From assembly GCF_001194135.2 (NCBI RefSeq), contig NC_068981.1:71771982-71835981 (forward strand): a stretch of DNA of 64,000 bases. Reading direction: 5' to 3'. The notes under the pieces are model-generated. The model was not told where the DNA came from, searched no databases, and saw only the letters and a program-made list of their open reading frames with translations. The stretch's first letter is position 1, and each line of letters begins with the position of its first letter. The translations under genes were made by a program, and so were the position numbers. Positions 38,001 to 49,376 of the stretch are shown in pieces. Source of the DNA: Octopus bimaculoides (Eukaryota).

Positions 38001-38013
38001 TCTCATCTGCACT
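32062..38013 (-). CDS. giant terminal exon (5,952 nt, 1,983 aa + stop) of an unidentified, largely disordered Ser/Gln/Pro-rich protein
   Basis: uninterrupted ORF 37938-32062 extends in frame 25 codons (SADEKLKSLSRGQGSRATSQATDDP) up to acceptor ttactttttatataatttcag at 38014+; in-frame TAA just upstream of that acceptor; no TE protein motifs recognised. Confidence 0.88.
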   Translation of the reverse strand, partial: SADEKLKSLSRGQGSRATSQATDDPLMERHERQGRRVAVPSDSQTKARHRSRSEGPRRHLSPSRQDTSGPQWAISHEPRKSPHPLCLRQFSEDDIVNINLSDSDTDSGDSGPKRWTRNPLLIKKTKRHDKTKATEWKLITPPPPPPQQQQQQQQENKSQTMPNSINRPHAGIPSPSSGNKQDHQNTWSNPNRVNAAIPQKAKFQRLEEMRQQRMENYPTSDEETNPHSEISNQIRQRLSQVQAGRGKGRKASIGEYEGVTARSGQEYTNYLNISGDQIVLEPKLKTEVSKPAQMTASFPCYRPMSLGFTASGSLSPPLTFKRDNKPPSQPEKPKPRMVVVEYPRKNNQNIGLSNNFNNSLQKENRNGTDSQIINTNFQCENRKAAASNPNRNSTAFAFGNNIQCISPPPPPPPQQQQQQQQQIFQQQTFQQQQPENFINQNRNFETNSSLQNAFLLSNGHNPQLNTRPLSFQPYVPTQPKSPQLPAKVDQHPFQEQKKEKSKAEQKQKNRRSKTGIDSNSKESNIKHTTNYSSKSYSDGDSLDELLESNKQYIEPTSVNNTLQLTQHSNSQNEKPISASEASGLPKVSEPIPMLQPVMPKIPELVTTSKPVLLKMSSEPVLMSQQCTGSKLLPVTPRNKQPITSSQIYTENRQPILRPTPIRISEPVLITQSPVCESSAFQSCMSWLKSHDNAQPAANQNQRDNQPSKPLENAETMTQYKPLITISESILVSESNKIKSSPEVIKKSLSCSAPSIVSSTKANISSKSETPENELALPIKDTGMFSDVEYDIEVAERVKKWETKMKTSLKNPPVDSKTGEIPDIGENHLPTTVKHMASEWSKYLAVIDEDSVATKPYSSDVPTKPVNVNKNMSKSNMTRSLSQTGSISDGDLFKGKTHSKIMVDINKSLLQISPDVNNTTANGLSHSYHEGINKSPTIDSPLFLPVRNFSSNNTGDTLIPASSPLTNKDYQFFIPKHHTAASAPNSGSTTLELKTNEKKTVLYPQDINNTNIPTGNFLRRKSDITSDHSISQMVSNRRNAEHGNWKNLIGGMQEKLKDSEIWSPQMDSHQGPVSIERVTARTLETIPFSEDPFWKEIEELTNFDHLMKESPSERKNSTEIDSTKAFTSCQMDAASTQHMKPFSLPSFPASNADNKPQSKPYSTSSLKSSNKIANMNALDEVLLDLQPVLGNRMSNSQRKIFGSHSDMSHKSSSPKRPLSYHSGSYHGDQLEVHSQMLKAACNSGPSAERPEFSSQQNLLQLQEGNHGNLMYQSMTKLGEKQYENVVNGNYQLDPSVLKEKLINTGLVERSPSGDDLAFLIKNIQEGNNNVMFAFRDNEKPTTYTPAQPEENIEELKVLASQVEDKLSEIKSKILKADESNLDRILNTLKKFSPATSAMLSADVKSSSSKKSNTEHFVNRKAKLSEALNELEKIYTQLNIGNETLLDCNKPSNFSSPYSSQESHCFRLSSSFSQLYDNTTGHVSSDSFHSDMRYLSTSDHGLTTSQRYRELMQVPVKDIGSKYPIKTESQTSNSPSVTESPLIKTEDASGDSVLSTSDVPTRRARTRRQRRSLANEMNQESKKFQSRNSGKEGNDGPSVYLSSITVEKGSRSKSSARSDTSDGSSRLINGTPRPKPPPRSSSLHRKSGRDDERNHRKSTPPDFDMKHTTSSSQSQSSNGNREIQENGNISKQNFQQQLRQEQSCSSDSSAEMVQQKKRPVSKGIAKMLDLFSSSDEDRHRKVRTRSRHERRPISEISEEQGNKFSDDSQSSKSSPKSQSSSKVMTPRNVKQRHEAKARQKIVIAQQMMMQENESPQPLLSDENLATEDSSTASKPPLPIPRQRSQSSEKCLSSSDDNVRDEQGGETPNESSNNEKQREKSSPASSNKSRSRWSISSAREFVNATDSPISFEKVAENEVNDHAERCHSFHELFASFEPDRKRIDKLKQLQKSASEEAAEEENGKMHTFHSEPDLRDSINKGNKRFD

Positions 38014-38762
38014 CTGAAATTATATAAAAAGTAATACTTAAAGAAAATGACTAAATGTGAAAGAAATCATGTCATATATCTTTCAATTAAAAAAAATTAC
38101 AAAAATATAACATTTGAAAACATAATTCTTGAAAGTATTAAAAGTCGCATGCAATCTTGAGATCATGGCTGTTGGAAAATGATTAATGTGGTGTATCTAA
38201 AATTATTACATCAAATTATAAAGAATTCAACTGTTGTAGTATTTGCACAGAATATGCAACATTACTTCTTTCTAACAAATTGAACATGTCTGTGTGATTA
38301 AGAAATTTCCCTATTATAGCCCTGGGTTGATCAGTGCCTTGTGAATGAATCTGGCAGATAGAAACTTTTGTATGTTATTGTCATTGTCATTGTTGTTGTT
38401 GGTACTGCTGTGTAACCATTGCCATCATTGTTGTCATCCTCTTGTCCTCATTGTTCTTGTCATTGTTACCACCATCACCAACACCACCACCACCACCACC
38501 ACCACCACTGCCACTGCTGCTCCTCCCACCACTACCCTCATTTTAATGTCACATGGGTTAGATGGAATTTGTTGATGTGCATTTTCAATCAATGGATACA
38601 CTTGTTGTTGCCAACCCTCATCTGTTTCCAAGTGAAGTAATATTTTCCCATGACCAGACACTGCTTGCATGACAGTAACGTTTATTTACAACAATTACAT
38701 GATATCAAGGCAAGGAATCTGTAACACGTATACACACAAACACACACACACACATGTATATT

Positions 38763-38796
<34 letters not shown>

Positions 38797-39429
38797 CATA
38801 CATTTATATATATGTATTTACATACATATACACACACACACACACATATAAATTAAAGTAGACAGCAGTTTGTTGCAATGTTTCACCAAAAATTGGAAAC
38901 TATAATCGTCACTAAATGTGACTTTGGTGTTAGAAACATCTACAATGCTAGAAATAAGAGCTAAAATGCTCTAATGCTGTAGTCAAAGCACATAATTGTA
39001 TACATATGCACTGATAGGATTGTAATCGTCTGAAAACACTGTTCAAGAATTCTTTATACTGACCGTCAGTTTTGGAAATTTCTGTTGTCTCATTAGTAAG
39101 GATTGGCTCCACTTTGGCAGATTGTGGACTTAATTCTCTATCAGTATATATGTTTTTATCATAGAAGTGTATGGAGGATGTAGCAAATTGGTAATGTGTA
39201 TACAGAAAATTAATGTAGACATCAGTTTGCAATGTTTCACCAAAAAGGAAAACTATAATCGTCACTAAATATGACTAGGGTGTTAGAAATACCTACATTG
39301 CTAGAAATAGGAGCCAAAATGCTCTAATGCATTTTAGCAGTTTTTATGTGTTTTGATTACAGCATTAGAGTATTTTAGCCCTCATTTCTTGCAATGTATG
39401 TGTTTCTAGCACCCTATTCACATTTATAT

Positions 39430-39484
<55 letters not shown>

Positions 39485-39776
39485 NNNNNNNNNNNNNNNN
39501 NNNNNNNNNNNNNNNNNNNNNNNNNNNNNNNNNNNNNNNNNNNNNNNNNNNNNNNNNNNNNNNNNNNNNNNNNNNNNNNNNNNNNNNNNNNNNNNNNNNN
39601 NNNNNNNNNNNNNNNNNNNNNNNNNNNNNNNNNNNNNNNNNNNNNNNNNNNNNNNNNNNNNNNNNNNNNNNNNNNNNNNNNNNNNNNNNNNNNNNNNNNN
39701 NNNNNNNNNNNNNNNNNNNNNNNNNNNNNNNNNNNNNNNNNNNNNNNNNNNNNNNNNNNNNNNNNNNNNNNNNNNN

Positions 39777-39828
<52 letters not shown>

Positions 39829-40344
39829 CAAGTAAAAATGCAAAAAATGCAAAGATATGTTTTCACATAGCAAAAGTTTTCATATACCAGTTTTACAGTT
39901 AAATTACTAGTGTATATTTTCAGAATGTGAGTTTTACATACACAACATGAAAAAAGAGAGAGTAAAAAAAAGAAATCACATATTACTGAAAAGTTTTTGT
40001 AGAACAGAAGTTTTACTGAATAAAGTTTAGTGCATGTTGTCACCCAGAGGCATTTTGCAGAGAAAGAAAATCCTATTGTACTAAGAAAAATCATATTTCA
40101 CTGACTGGAGCTGTTTTTACTGTTGTTCAGCTTTGATCCTAAAATGCATTGACAAAACACACTTTGAACTTTGATAAGCTGAATGACAGTGAACAAAAAA
40201 ATTTACAAACAAACCAGAAGCATTATAATCACTGGTTTATCAGGAACTTTAAAACAAACCATACATATTTTGTAATATTGTGGAAATAATGGAAAGAGCT
40301 ATATTATTTTGGATAAAAAAGGAAAACCAATAACACAACAGCAT

Positions 40345-41400
40345 TTGTATGATGTTTGTGTTAGAACTGCAATACTGGATGATAGTGAGATATGTGCCTT
40401 GAATATAGAGGACTTAAAATGACTGGAAAGGAATGAAGCAAGCATGTTCAACTGGATGTGTAATGTAAGTGTGCCTGAATGACAGTATAAGTTGGCTGAG
40501 AGAAAACTGGGCATAAGAGGAATCATATGTAGTGTACAAGGGAAAGATTGCATTGGTATGATCTTGTTATGCATATGAATGAGGACAGCTGTATAAAGAA
40601 GTGCCAGTCACTTAATGTGGTTGGAGCTCACATAAAAGTGTTCCAGAACAATCTGGGATGAAATAGTGAAGGCTGAACTCAGGACCTTGAACCTCACAGT
40701 GATGTTGACAAAGGACCACACCAGGTGATGATGACAAAGGACTGGGAAGGCTGGTGATATGCTGTTTTTTGAGAAGATCTGCCCATCTTGGAAGCAGTGT
40801 GTATGTGTATGTATATATATATAAATGCATAATCAATGTGTATGAATATATATATAAATGCACAATCTTCTTCAAATACCCCACTCCACTAATCATCTCT
40901 CTCTTGATACCACTTTATTTTTCTTGCTACCTGGAACCATTTCATTTGTTAGTTATTCTTCATGCATTAATATTGCTCCTTCTGTTCTTATGTTAAATTG
41001 GTTGACTCACCCACACCACTGAGCCACAAAATTAATCCTCCTCATGCACTATGGTTCTCTCTCTCTCTCTCTCTCTCTACTTCTCCAGACTACCCAACCA
41101 TGTGTCAACTCTCTCTCTCTCTCATCTTCCTCTTGTCTGCTATATCATCACTGTTATCCTGCTACTCTCCCCACTACTCTCTTCTGTATCCTTCTACCTT
41201 CTCCAACTCATGCATCATTGGTCATCTCCACTCTTTATTCTCTACTCCCTACATCTACTCTTCAACCCTACCTAATCTTTACAGTTTTGTCTACCTCCCC
41301 TCACCTCTCCCATTCTTCCATCTTTTGCTCCCTCATACACTCTTGAAAACCCCCACCCCTACTCCTGTACCTTGAGGGGTCACATAGACACCTCATTACC
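40345..41400 (+). mobile_element. 5'-truncated degenerate RTE LINE with CT-rich 3' UTR
   Basis: YDVCVRTAILDDSE..LERNEASMFNWMCNVSV.., then a CT-rich tract as in the 16900-17450 copy. Confidence 0.75.
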
Positions 41401-42299
41401 ACTATTTATTTCTTTGTAGCTCCTACACACCAGTACAGCCCTTTCTTCTAAATGTTAGTAGCCATGTAGCCTCTCTACAACAAAAACCTGCATGCTTGCA
41501 TGGGTCAGATGGAATTTGTTGAAGAAAAGTTTCTACAGTTGGATACCCTTCCAATTGCCAATGCTCACCTGTTTCCAAGTAAGTTAATACTCCCCATGAC
41601 CAGATATGTTTTTCACAGAAGAATGGAATGGAAATGAAGGACACTGCTGGCATGATGGTGACATTTGTTTACGCTGTCACATGCAGTCTAAGTAAAGAGA
41701 CATTAACACACGCACACACACACACACACACATATGCATGCATGCATGTATGTGTGTATGTGTAAGGCTTTGGTCATCCCTGGTCTGTAGTAGAAGACAC
41801 TTGCCCAAGGTACCATGCTGTGGGACTGAACTCAAGGTCATGTAGTTGGGAAGCAAACTTCTTACCACATAGCCATGCATGTGCCTAGTAATTGCATGTA
41901 GTATTATAAAATAGTGTAAAATGATAGTGTAGAATGAGGTAACCATATAATAATACAACTATATAGATGAGGAAATAATAACTTTCAAGATAGGAAAGTG
42001 ATATGATTATAAGTATAAAGAGATTATGACGTAAATATCATTACAATATGGATGAAGTAAAAATAACTTTCTTTTCACGAGATGTTAATGCAAATGACAG
42101 TATAAAGTTTTAATATAGTATGAAATGACAAAACAATGTAAAATGATGGTGCTAATGTTAAATTTTAAAGTAAAATAAAAGAATATGTGATGTGATATTA
42201 TGGGTACTACCCTGATAAAATAGAGATATATATAAAAAAGTAAAAATACTATAAAAAGTAAAAGATATATAGGTTAAGAGTAGGGGAAGAATATATGAG

Positions 42300-42800
42300 A
42301 AGGAAAATACTAAATAGAATGATTCCAGGTGGAAGGGTCCACTCTACCATATGTTGGTTTATTGTTACTTTGGTTCTAAGAAGGGTGTGTTGTTCATGTA
42401 CAACATATATGCTAAATTCCAGCATGTGATAACCATCTGGATATTATTTAGAAATGGTGTGTTCATGAAGAAGATATGAGTTGTGTCCTTGGTATATACA
42501 TTGCACTGTGTTCTATTGCCTTAGACAAAATCTTCCACCATATGTTGTATCCTTCAAATACCAAAAATAAGTTTAGAGAGCTGTTATGTTTCTCCTAGAA
42601 GGGTATCTGAATGAATGGAGATGTTAATGATATTTGAACTTGAAATCATTTGCAGTGAGATCAATATATACTTTTGAGAAAGAGCTGGTCATAACATTGC
42701 ATTAATAAATAACACTTCTTATAGGTAGTTTTATTTAATAGTCTGGGAAAAGTACAATTATAACCTGATCCATGTCCTGTTTACATTACTGATATTGTTA
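42300..42800 (-). mobile_element. highly degenerate Penelope-like RT relic
   Basis: weak resemblance to Penelope RT motifs (NDFKF.., NNTPFL..) across stops and frameshifts. Confidence 0.35.
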
Positions 42801-42931
42801 CTGGATCTTTTAGTTCTATATCTATTCAACTTAGGTAAATTAGAATAAGCAATACTTTGAGAAGTGCTGTTATCTACGTCGCAGTTGAATATTTATAAAG
42901 TATAAAGTGGGTGTATGTGTATACATCTAAA

Positions 42932-42969
<38 letters not shown>

Positions 42970-42976
42970 TGTATGA

Positions 42977-43013
<37 letters not shown>

Positions 43014-43016
<3 letters not shown>

Positions 43017-43515
43017 GAGAATTTACGAAAAAAACAACAACAGACGAGGACAGGTGGTGTAAACAACAAAAGGATGTATTAGTTTAACGCTCGGGAATAC
43101 AGAAAATCTTTAACGTTTCAAGCTACGCTCCTTAACAGAAAGAATACGGAGAAAACAAGGAGAAAAACACGGAGAAAAAAAAATTGAATGTTTTGTCAGC
43201 AATCAATCATGGCGAATGCCTGACAGGAAGTTGCCGGACAGGAAGTTCACACAGGAGAGCTAAGAAAAAGGGGAGATAACAAAAGAGGAAAGAAATGGTA
43301 TATATGTAAATTGTGTATGGCAGAAAAATATATAATCCTTATGAACTCACATGAACCAGGAGGCTACCTGAACTCCAGGACTGAAGCTGTGAGAAGTTGT
43401 CCACATTTTCGGAAATTTTTACTTAAAAATTGGAAAACCTAGCTATCAAGCGAAGGAAGACAACTCACTCGGCCATAATTTTTTCAGAGGAATATTTCTT
43501 CAATTATCACCAGCC
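43014..43515. mobile_element. Penelope-like terminal (pLTR) fragment; second copy at 48266-48460
   Basis: gggagaatttacgaaaaaa..gacaggtggtgta..gatgtattagt..acgtttc..gctc...cagaaag is shared with 48266; both copies abut TA runs and carry a minimal hammerhead-like motif. Confidence 0.6.
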
Positions 43516-43646
43516 TTCTTGTGTTTTTTAAAAAAACATTCTTTGCAGAGAACAGTTATTGTTTAGAGAAACTGAAGATATGTCTAGTTCACACTAGATA
43601 TGAAACCAATGGTTTTTTTTCTAAAACTGTTACTTTACACATACAG

Positions 43647-43694
<48 letters not shown>

Positions 43695-43727
43695 GCCAGT
43701 ATGGATCATGAATGTTAAATGAGGGTG

Positions 43728-43728
43728 A

Positions 43729-43818
<90 letters not shown>

Positions 43819-43828
43819 TAATAATATA
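43728..43828. repeat. compound (TAC)n/(TAA)n microsatellite
   Basis: directly visible. Confidence 0.95.
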
Positions 43829-43859
43829 TTTTAAAAAAGGATTGACATAACTCTTCTTC

Positions 43860-43890
<31 letters not shown>

Positions 43891-43959
43891 TATTATATAT
43901 AATACATATAAAAACAAAAAAGTGGGTGAAAATGCACAATAATTTAAAAGATCTCTAGA

Positions 43960-44520
43960 GTTTAGAAATGGAGTGAAATGTCTTCAAGACTCCTTCACTG
44001 CAATGGGCTGTTGGATGTCACTAAAAGTCCATTTCCTTGATTCACATCTGGACTTTTTTGCAGAGAACCTTAGAGCAGTGTCTGATGAGCAAGTGGAACG
44101 CTTTCATCAAGATATTGCATCGATGGAACAACGATATCAAGGATTTTGGAATGCAGGAATGTAAGCTGACTACCGTTGGATGTTATACAGGGATGAACCT
44201 GAGACAAAATACCATAGAAAGTCCAAATCCCAAAGATTTTAAGTTGTTATGCATTTGAGTGTATTCTAACTTATTTGTACACAATAATTTTAATTTTGTA
44301 CAATAAAAAGCCATGAAATTATCATATCTTGTATTCAATATACTTTATATAGACATGCTTTATGTATCCTATAAGTTAAAACAGCAGGTATTATTAACAG
44401 GAAAATGTGGCCTGATAGAGGAAATTGGAATTCAGATTTGTAATCAGCATCAAAAATTAACTCAGAATTGTCAATCAGTAACTCTGATGATTAAAAAAAG
44501 TTTCATTTTGTTGACCAGTG
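43960..44520 (+). mobile_element. Chapaev/CMC-like DNA transposon 3' part (pseudogenised transposase)
   Basis: MGCWMSLKVHFLDSHLDFFAENLRAVSDEQVERFHQDIASMEQRYQGFWNAGM*ADYRWMLYRD; right end ...gttgaccaGTG|TTA (CAC...GTG-type terminus); family assignment is from recall. Confidence 0.65.
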
Positions 44521-45179
44521 TTATTGGTTTTCTATCTGAAATTCGCTTATATAGTCAAAAGTTTTAGATTTCAAACATTTAAAACATTTATTCAATAAAA
44601 TCAAATATCCCGTTACCTTTCATTGTTTATGAAGATTATTATTTTCAATCATTACAACAGCACTATTTAATTGCAATTTTAGTATCTTTTTATAGATTAA
44701 CTAGATTTTGCCATTTGTGTTTTGAAATATTTGACATTATATTCCTATTTTATTTTTCAGTTGAATAGAAAAATTTACAATGTGTTCCTCGAAAGTACCA
44801 AGGGCTTTATTCTTTCCTTTCTTTGGATAAAATTTGCTTTTATTCTTTACAAGTGATTCATCTTTATTATTATATTCTCTTAAAAAAAACGTATTTAGCT
44901 AGTCTAAGTTTTCAGCTGAATCCTGTGATGTTATGATTTTTTATTTCAGTGAAGTTGAACTTTTGGGGAGTGGGTTCATTCTAAAAAACAACTGCTCTTT
45001 TTACTCATGTTTTGCATTAATAGTTCTAGTTTGAGTTGATTCATCAAATCTATCAGTATAGAACTTGTGTTTAAAATACTAGAAAATAATAACTATTAAG
45101 AAAAGATTGACAACTATAAACTAATAAGAAATCTGACCTTTATTGAATAAATATTGAAAATGTTTGACACCTAAAGAAT

Positions 45180-45570
45180 TTCAAATGCAAAAGCAGCAAT
45201 TCCTATGGGCTACCCAAAATACACAACAATAAGACTATAAGTGATGATTGTAAAAATATAAATCCAAACATATCAGAGTACCATCTGAAGACAATTTGAA
45301 ACTCAGAGTAATCATAGCAGCACCTGCATATGAAACAGAGACTAAGCAACAGGACATCTTACCAAAACCTTTCTTAAAGCACATACAAAGTTTTATTCAA
45401 GATGATCTGGATTTACCTGATCACTTATCAAACATAGTGAATCAAAATAAAATTATTATTTCTTTTTACATTATTAATCTAAATACCAATATTCCCCATG
45501 ACTATAGAACAAATGCTATAAAATACTGGTTAGAAAGCAAGTTAAAAAGACTTCATACATCAAAATGAAA
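45180..45570 (+). mobile_element. Penelope-like RT relic
   Basis: LKLRVIIAAPAYET..DILPKPFLKHIQSFIQDDLD..IISFYIINLNTNIPHDYRTNAIKYWLE, cf. Penelope RT LVSFDVxxLYTNIPH..AIxYWL. Confidence 0.7.
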
Positions 45571-46235
45571 TGTTACAATTTCTTTTTGTCTCTTAATATT
45601 TCTAAAAAGATTACAAGAATTCTTTTAATGTTATTGTGAATTTTCATTCATTTTTTGCTTTTATATGCATCTTGTATGGAAAGCACTATTCATTATATAT
45701 AAATGTATATATATTCATATATATGTATGTATGTTCATGCATTCATGAAAAGCTATAACACTACACAAGACCAAGCTAGACAAAAGTGTTTGCTGATAAG
45801 ACAAGTTACCTTATATAGAATTCTTCAATATAACTTGACTACAGAACCTATATTTATAACAAAATATAGCACAGAAGACATTGCCTCATTCCTCAGATCC
45901 CACACTTTTTTTTTTTGAAACTGCTATCTTCTGAAGATCCTTTTCTAAATCTTCATTTTCCTGCAGTTATAGACTTAGAGAAACGTTTATTATCCCAATC
46001 TCACTAGTTGAACAAAAAAACAGAACATACACGCATGCATGAGTAAATGGTTTAGGAATTAAATTATACACGAGAAATGTAAGAATTGAAAAATGTGTTT
46101 TTACTCTTTGTCTCCTAGATCATAATAAGTGATAACAAATACGATCAAAAGAAAGGTATGTTGCTTCAACTAATGAGATTAAATTCTCTATGAACAGAAG
46201 CAGAAGAGTAATTTTTGAGATTAGCTTGCATTACA

Positions 46236-46370
<135 letters not shown>

Positions 46371-46683
46371 CCATGCATGTCTGCATGCATGTCTGCATGC
46401 ATGTGTATGTGGGTTTGTATCTGCATGCCTTCATATGTATACTGCTTTGGCAATGGTGACACTTGTTTATGTTTACCGTAAACAATATGTCATGTAGCTA
46501 GGCAATTTGTTGTGTGAATTCTGCTCAAAGTACAATTTTTGTTTGACTACTATATTGTTGTATATATCAAAGGTACTCATTATCCCAAACCCAGCTAAAT
46601 ATAGTATACACAAAGGTGTGGTTATGTTGCCCATATTCTTCCTTCTCACATTAATTATCTATTCACAAGTATTTTTAACCATA

Positions 46684-46765
46684 GTAAAATGACAAAACAA
46701 CACAATCTCTATGGTAAAATGACAAAACAACACAATCTCTATGGTAAAATGATAAAACAACACAA
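46684..46765. repeat. 30-bp tandem repeat, about 2.7 copies
   Basis: gtaaaatgacaaaacaacacaatctctatg x2 plus a partial third copy. Confidence 0.95.
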
Positions 46766-48837
46766 AGAAAATTTGTGCATATACATCCCTCAGCTTTGTA
46801 GCACTGGACTCTGCCTACACATGAATGATACAAAATCAAAATCTTTGGAATTACTACAAAGCCAACCCTTACACTCACTGAAGATTTGTTGTGATGATAT
46901 AACATTATGATATATATAATATTATGATATCTGCATCCAAAAGACTGTATTTGCTTTTCAGTTTGAAAAAATATTTAGATCTCTAATAAGTTCCTGACTA
47001 TTCACAAATCAAAAATGCAATCCATATTGGAATAATGTTCACATATATGGAGTGTTGCAACAGTCGTATTCATAAGTAACCTAAGTTACATGTAAATATA
47101 AAGATATTTGTTTATTTGTCAAAGATTCCATTACCAATGCACTACACCTATCTCTTTGAAAAATCTACAGTTTTTTTCCTTTGCCTCTTTTATCATTGTC
47201 ACATGGGGTGCTATGTGTCAATGTCAAAACATCTACATGGTAAACTGACCTGATAGAATTAACAGCCAAATCATCTTTAAAAATCACACTATATTGTCTT
47301 TAAAATAAATCACAATGGAAAGTGCAGCCTTGGATACATTGTATCAGAAAAGATGACAGGATGACCACTACTAGAAAATTAGTCAAACAACAAAAACTCA
47401 ACTAAGAAAAATACAAATCAACATGCATATCAATAGCAAATATAACAGAATTCAGAGGTGTAACTGTACAAAACTTGCAAAAAGAAAGTTGAAAAGGTAT
47501 GGAGACTTTAAGCAGTAAGATTAGCATGGAGGCCCTTGTTCCAGACATGAATGAAAGTTTTATGATGTCAAGGGAAATCACATATGTTTAGTAAGCCAAA
47601 TATTAGGAAATACAGCTATTAAAGCTGAATAAGTTGGTTGTATGAATCTACAAGCTCTGTTCTAAGTTACTAATCATGATACATGTGCTACCATATTCTT
47701 TCCATTATTTCCTCTTGTTATTTTGCCAAAAGAATTCTTCAGTCATGAATCAGAAGTAATGCACACCCAGATAGTATTCTTTCTTGCATGTGAACTGAAA
47801 GTATAAGTAATTGTTTTGGCTGTTTTTTTCCTTTTGCTACCTTATTCCATCATAACATGGAAAATTTAAAAGAAAAGCATTTTTCTAGGCTTAAACCTAA
47901 ATAAATTTGAATTAAGCATTCCTTCTCCTAGTCTACAAGAATGTTCATAGCAATAAAAAAAAAAAAAGAAAAAAAATTTTTAAATGCTTATATCGACAGT
48001 GGCAGCTGCTTCTTATGCTCACTTTTAGATGGAGTCTTTTATATAACAATAAGCAGCTGATAACATTAAGCTGCAGATATAACATTACCTGAGCTTTGAT
48101 TCTAATAAAGGGATACTTTTAAATTTATTTTAAATAATGTCTAAAGTATACTAATTTTGATAACAATAGCTGTTTAATAGCAGTAGTCATGATTATAGAT
48201 CATGGATAATGTTATCAAACATACAAAATAAGTAGCTCTCATGGAACAGTACAATAGATATATAGGGAGAATTCACAAAAAAACTAAAGACGAAGACAGG
48301 TGGTGTAGAAAACAAACAGATGTATTAGTATAACACTCAGGAATTCAAAACAGTCTTCAACATTTCGAGCCTATGCTCTTCCACAGAAAGGAACCCAGAA
48401 AGAAACAAGGAGAGAAAAAATATGTGTGTAGTGGTTAGCGATTTAGCATGGCGAATGTGATGATGATGATATATATGTATATATAGTTTTATTAATATTT
48501 AGCAGAATCAACAGGGTGACTCAAGGTCCAAGAGTTTTGTGCACTGGCACTTATCAAACTGTTTGCACCAACATACCTGTATATATGTATACATATAAAT
48601 ATAAATTTTCTATCATATATTATGCAAACCTGAAATGCATGTATTAAATGATTTCAAAATATCACTAATTGGTTTGACTTCATTATTACGACTCATATGA
48701 CTCAGTACCAGCACAAACTAGCCAATCTTGACTCCACTCATGTGGATACTCTAACAAATATTTGGAGTAGTTTGTTATGTTTCATTTGAGCTGAAAATTC
48801 TGGTACTGTGCACCACTTTTTCATGTAACATGAAATA

Positions 48838-49206
48838 ACTACACACACACACATGCACACGCACACATGTGCTCACACACACACACATGCACACACACAC
48901 ACACACACACATGCACACACACACACACACATACACACACAAACACACAAACACACACAAACACACAAACACACACACAAAGATTGATATATATACATAA
49001 ACAGATACAAACATACATACATACATACATGCTTGCATACATACATACATACATGCATGCATGCATACATACATACATGCGTGCATATATATACATACAT
49101 ACATACATACGTACATACATACACACATACATACATGCATGCATGCATACATACATACATGCATGCATACATACATACATACATACATACATACATACAT
49201 ACATAN
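48838..49206. repeat. compound (CA)n/(CATA)n/(CATG)n simple repeat
   Basis: directly visible; runs into an N gap. Confidence 0.95.
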
Positions 49207-49376
49207 NNNNNNNNNNNNNNNNNNNNNNNNNNNNNNNNNNNNNNNNNNNNNNNNNNNNNNNNNNNNNNNNNNNNNNNNNNNNNNNNNNNNNNNNNNNNNN
49301 NNNNNNNNNNNNNNNNNNNNNNNNNNNNNNNNNNNNNNNNNNNNNNNNNNNNNNNNNNNNNNNNNNNNNNNNNNNN

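Noticed and set aside
39064-39137. Possible minus-strand exon ending GACG|gtcagt
   Set aside because: Weak acceptor, and the only sensible frame ends in phase 1, incompatible with the phase-0 acceptor at 38013
40098-40130. Possible 33-nt minus-strand microexon (SKLNNSKNSS)
   Set aside because: Phase 1/1; it would need a secondary acceptor in the giant exon and has no independent support
46120-46156. Plus-strand 37-nt exon-like segment with good splice sites
   Set aside because: Isolated, with no partner exons or homology; such matches are expected by chance in 64 kb of AT-rich DNA
46684-46765. MTKQHNLYGK x2 peptide-repeat ORF
   Set aside because: A recent 30-bp tandem duplication in an intron; no splice or homology support
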